Below are positions 62,763 to 64,000 of a stretch of DNA of 64,000 nt, one piece after another. The stretch is from the NCBI GenBank assembly GCA_030141605.1, contig JAQGDQ010000006.1, forward strand, positions 310,001-374,000. Direction: 5' to 3'. The translations under genes and the position numbers were made by a program. Under the pieces are notes generated by a model, which made no database searches, was not told the DNA's origin, and saw only the letters and a program-made list of their open reading frames with translations. Each line of letters starts with the position of its first letter. Positions within the stretch are counted from its first letter, which is position 1. Origin of the DNA: Tubiluchus corallicola (lineage: Eukaryota > Animalia > Priapulida).

Positions 62763-64000
62763 CTATGCAGGACACAAGTACATAACGTATTTAGCTTTAG
62801 CCTTTAATACGTAGAATCCAGTGTTTTATCCTAGGATGGATTACTTGCCGAAATTATCAGTTTTAGTCTTCCAAATTTTCGTTATATGGGTGTCGTGGAT
62901 AGCGTCAATACGAGGTAATGATTTATACGCATTAATTATTTAGTGATTAAAGTTAATATTAAAATTTCTATATGTAATACAGTGAGGACAATGCGGTTGC
63001 GTCAGCACGAGTATGGAGTATTTCATACTATTAAGCCAATAATATGACTACGTCCATCCAGAGTTCAACTGCCATGCCCGATAATTCGTGAAAGAGCTTA
63101 TCATGCATGTTTATAGAATGATTACTGTGATTCTTTGCTTAAAACTATCATCATCAAAAGTCAGAAACGTCGGATGGACTAGCTTTTATAGCACTTAGTT
63201 ATGAATATTGAAGCGTTAATTAGTTTGGATCTCACTTGGATATACTTGTATATAATTATAATTATGGGTATCAGTGTGTCATATAAATATTTTTGTCTTT
63301 AATGTTATTAATAGATAAATTTTCACTTCAAATGACTTCTGTCGTTACACTGGCATTAGTATGCTTTGTATTATAATTATGTACAATTTATTTACATAAA
63401 AAATAACCCTTCAGAATTCCATGCCACAACTGTTTCTGTCTAATTATTATTATTATATTACTTTTATTATTATTATTATTATAAAAATATCAGCCAGCAT
63501 CTACTTAAGCAAAAACATGGCTTTTATTCAGACATAACATCTGCAACGTTTCGACATATTCACGCAACAATCCACCTAGATAAAATTATAGTGTAAAAAA
63601 CAAAAATTAACATTGTGACAAGCAAACAAGACAAATACTAAATTGAAACATATACGTTAACCTCACTTGAATTCTATTGTGGCCGTTTATTAGGTCTAAG
63701 CACGTTTTAACTCTGCGCGCTAACGTTTTAGCTCTAGGCCTATTTATATAGGCCGACTACAGCTGATATTTAATTGTTTACTGATCTAATTCTGATTGAT
63801 AGATTTATATTATAGTTTGTGGGCCGACCTGTACTGTGGTCAGATGCAGTATAGTTCTATCTTTCATTCGCTGTTTGTTTGATCAGCATGTAAATAAACT
63901 AAAAGTCAGACCTGCCGAGTGGCAGCAGACTGTCAGCCATTTACTGGCGCTATACGATATGAGATTTTGCACCGAAATCGACAGGGGGTAGAGCGGCTAA

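Overview
AT-rich, intron-rich animal (invertebrate-like) genomic DNA; the ORF track is mostly uninformative because the genes are spliced. I reconstructed four genes by hand from GT-AG exons. They are MYG1 exonuclease (minus, 785-7926), RAB18 (plus, 12091-19060, head-to-head with MYG1), the nucleoporin ALADIN/AAAS (minus, 20490-31813, tail-to-tail with RAB18) and a secreted, probably GPI-anchored 12-Cys Ly6/uPAR three-finger protein resembling LYPD6 (minus, 42793-46220). A possible terminal exon of a fifth gene lies at about 62.6 kb. The rest is introns and intergenic DNA with decayed LINEs, a pogo/Tigger transposase relic, TA- and TTAA-flanked MITEs, tRNA-derived SINE relics and microsatellites. 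The most notable observation is a tandemly duplicated MYG1 exon (7a 1667-1851, 7b 1467-1642). Both copies are intact and in the same phase but separated by only 24 nt, which indicates mutually exclusive splicing giving two diverged C-terminal domains. There is also a cluster of unrelated long palindromes around the first RAB18 coding exon, some centred on (TA)n. Family assignments come from recalled motifs, not database searches.
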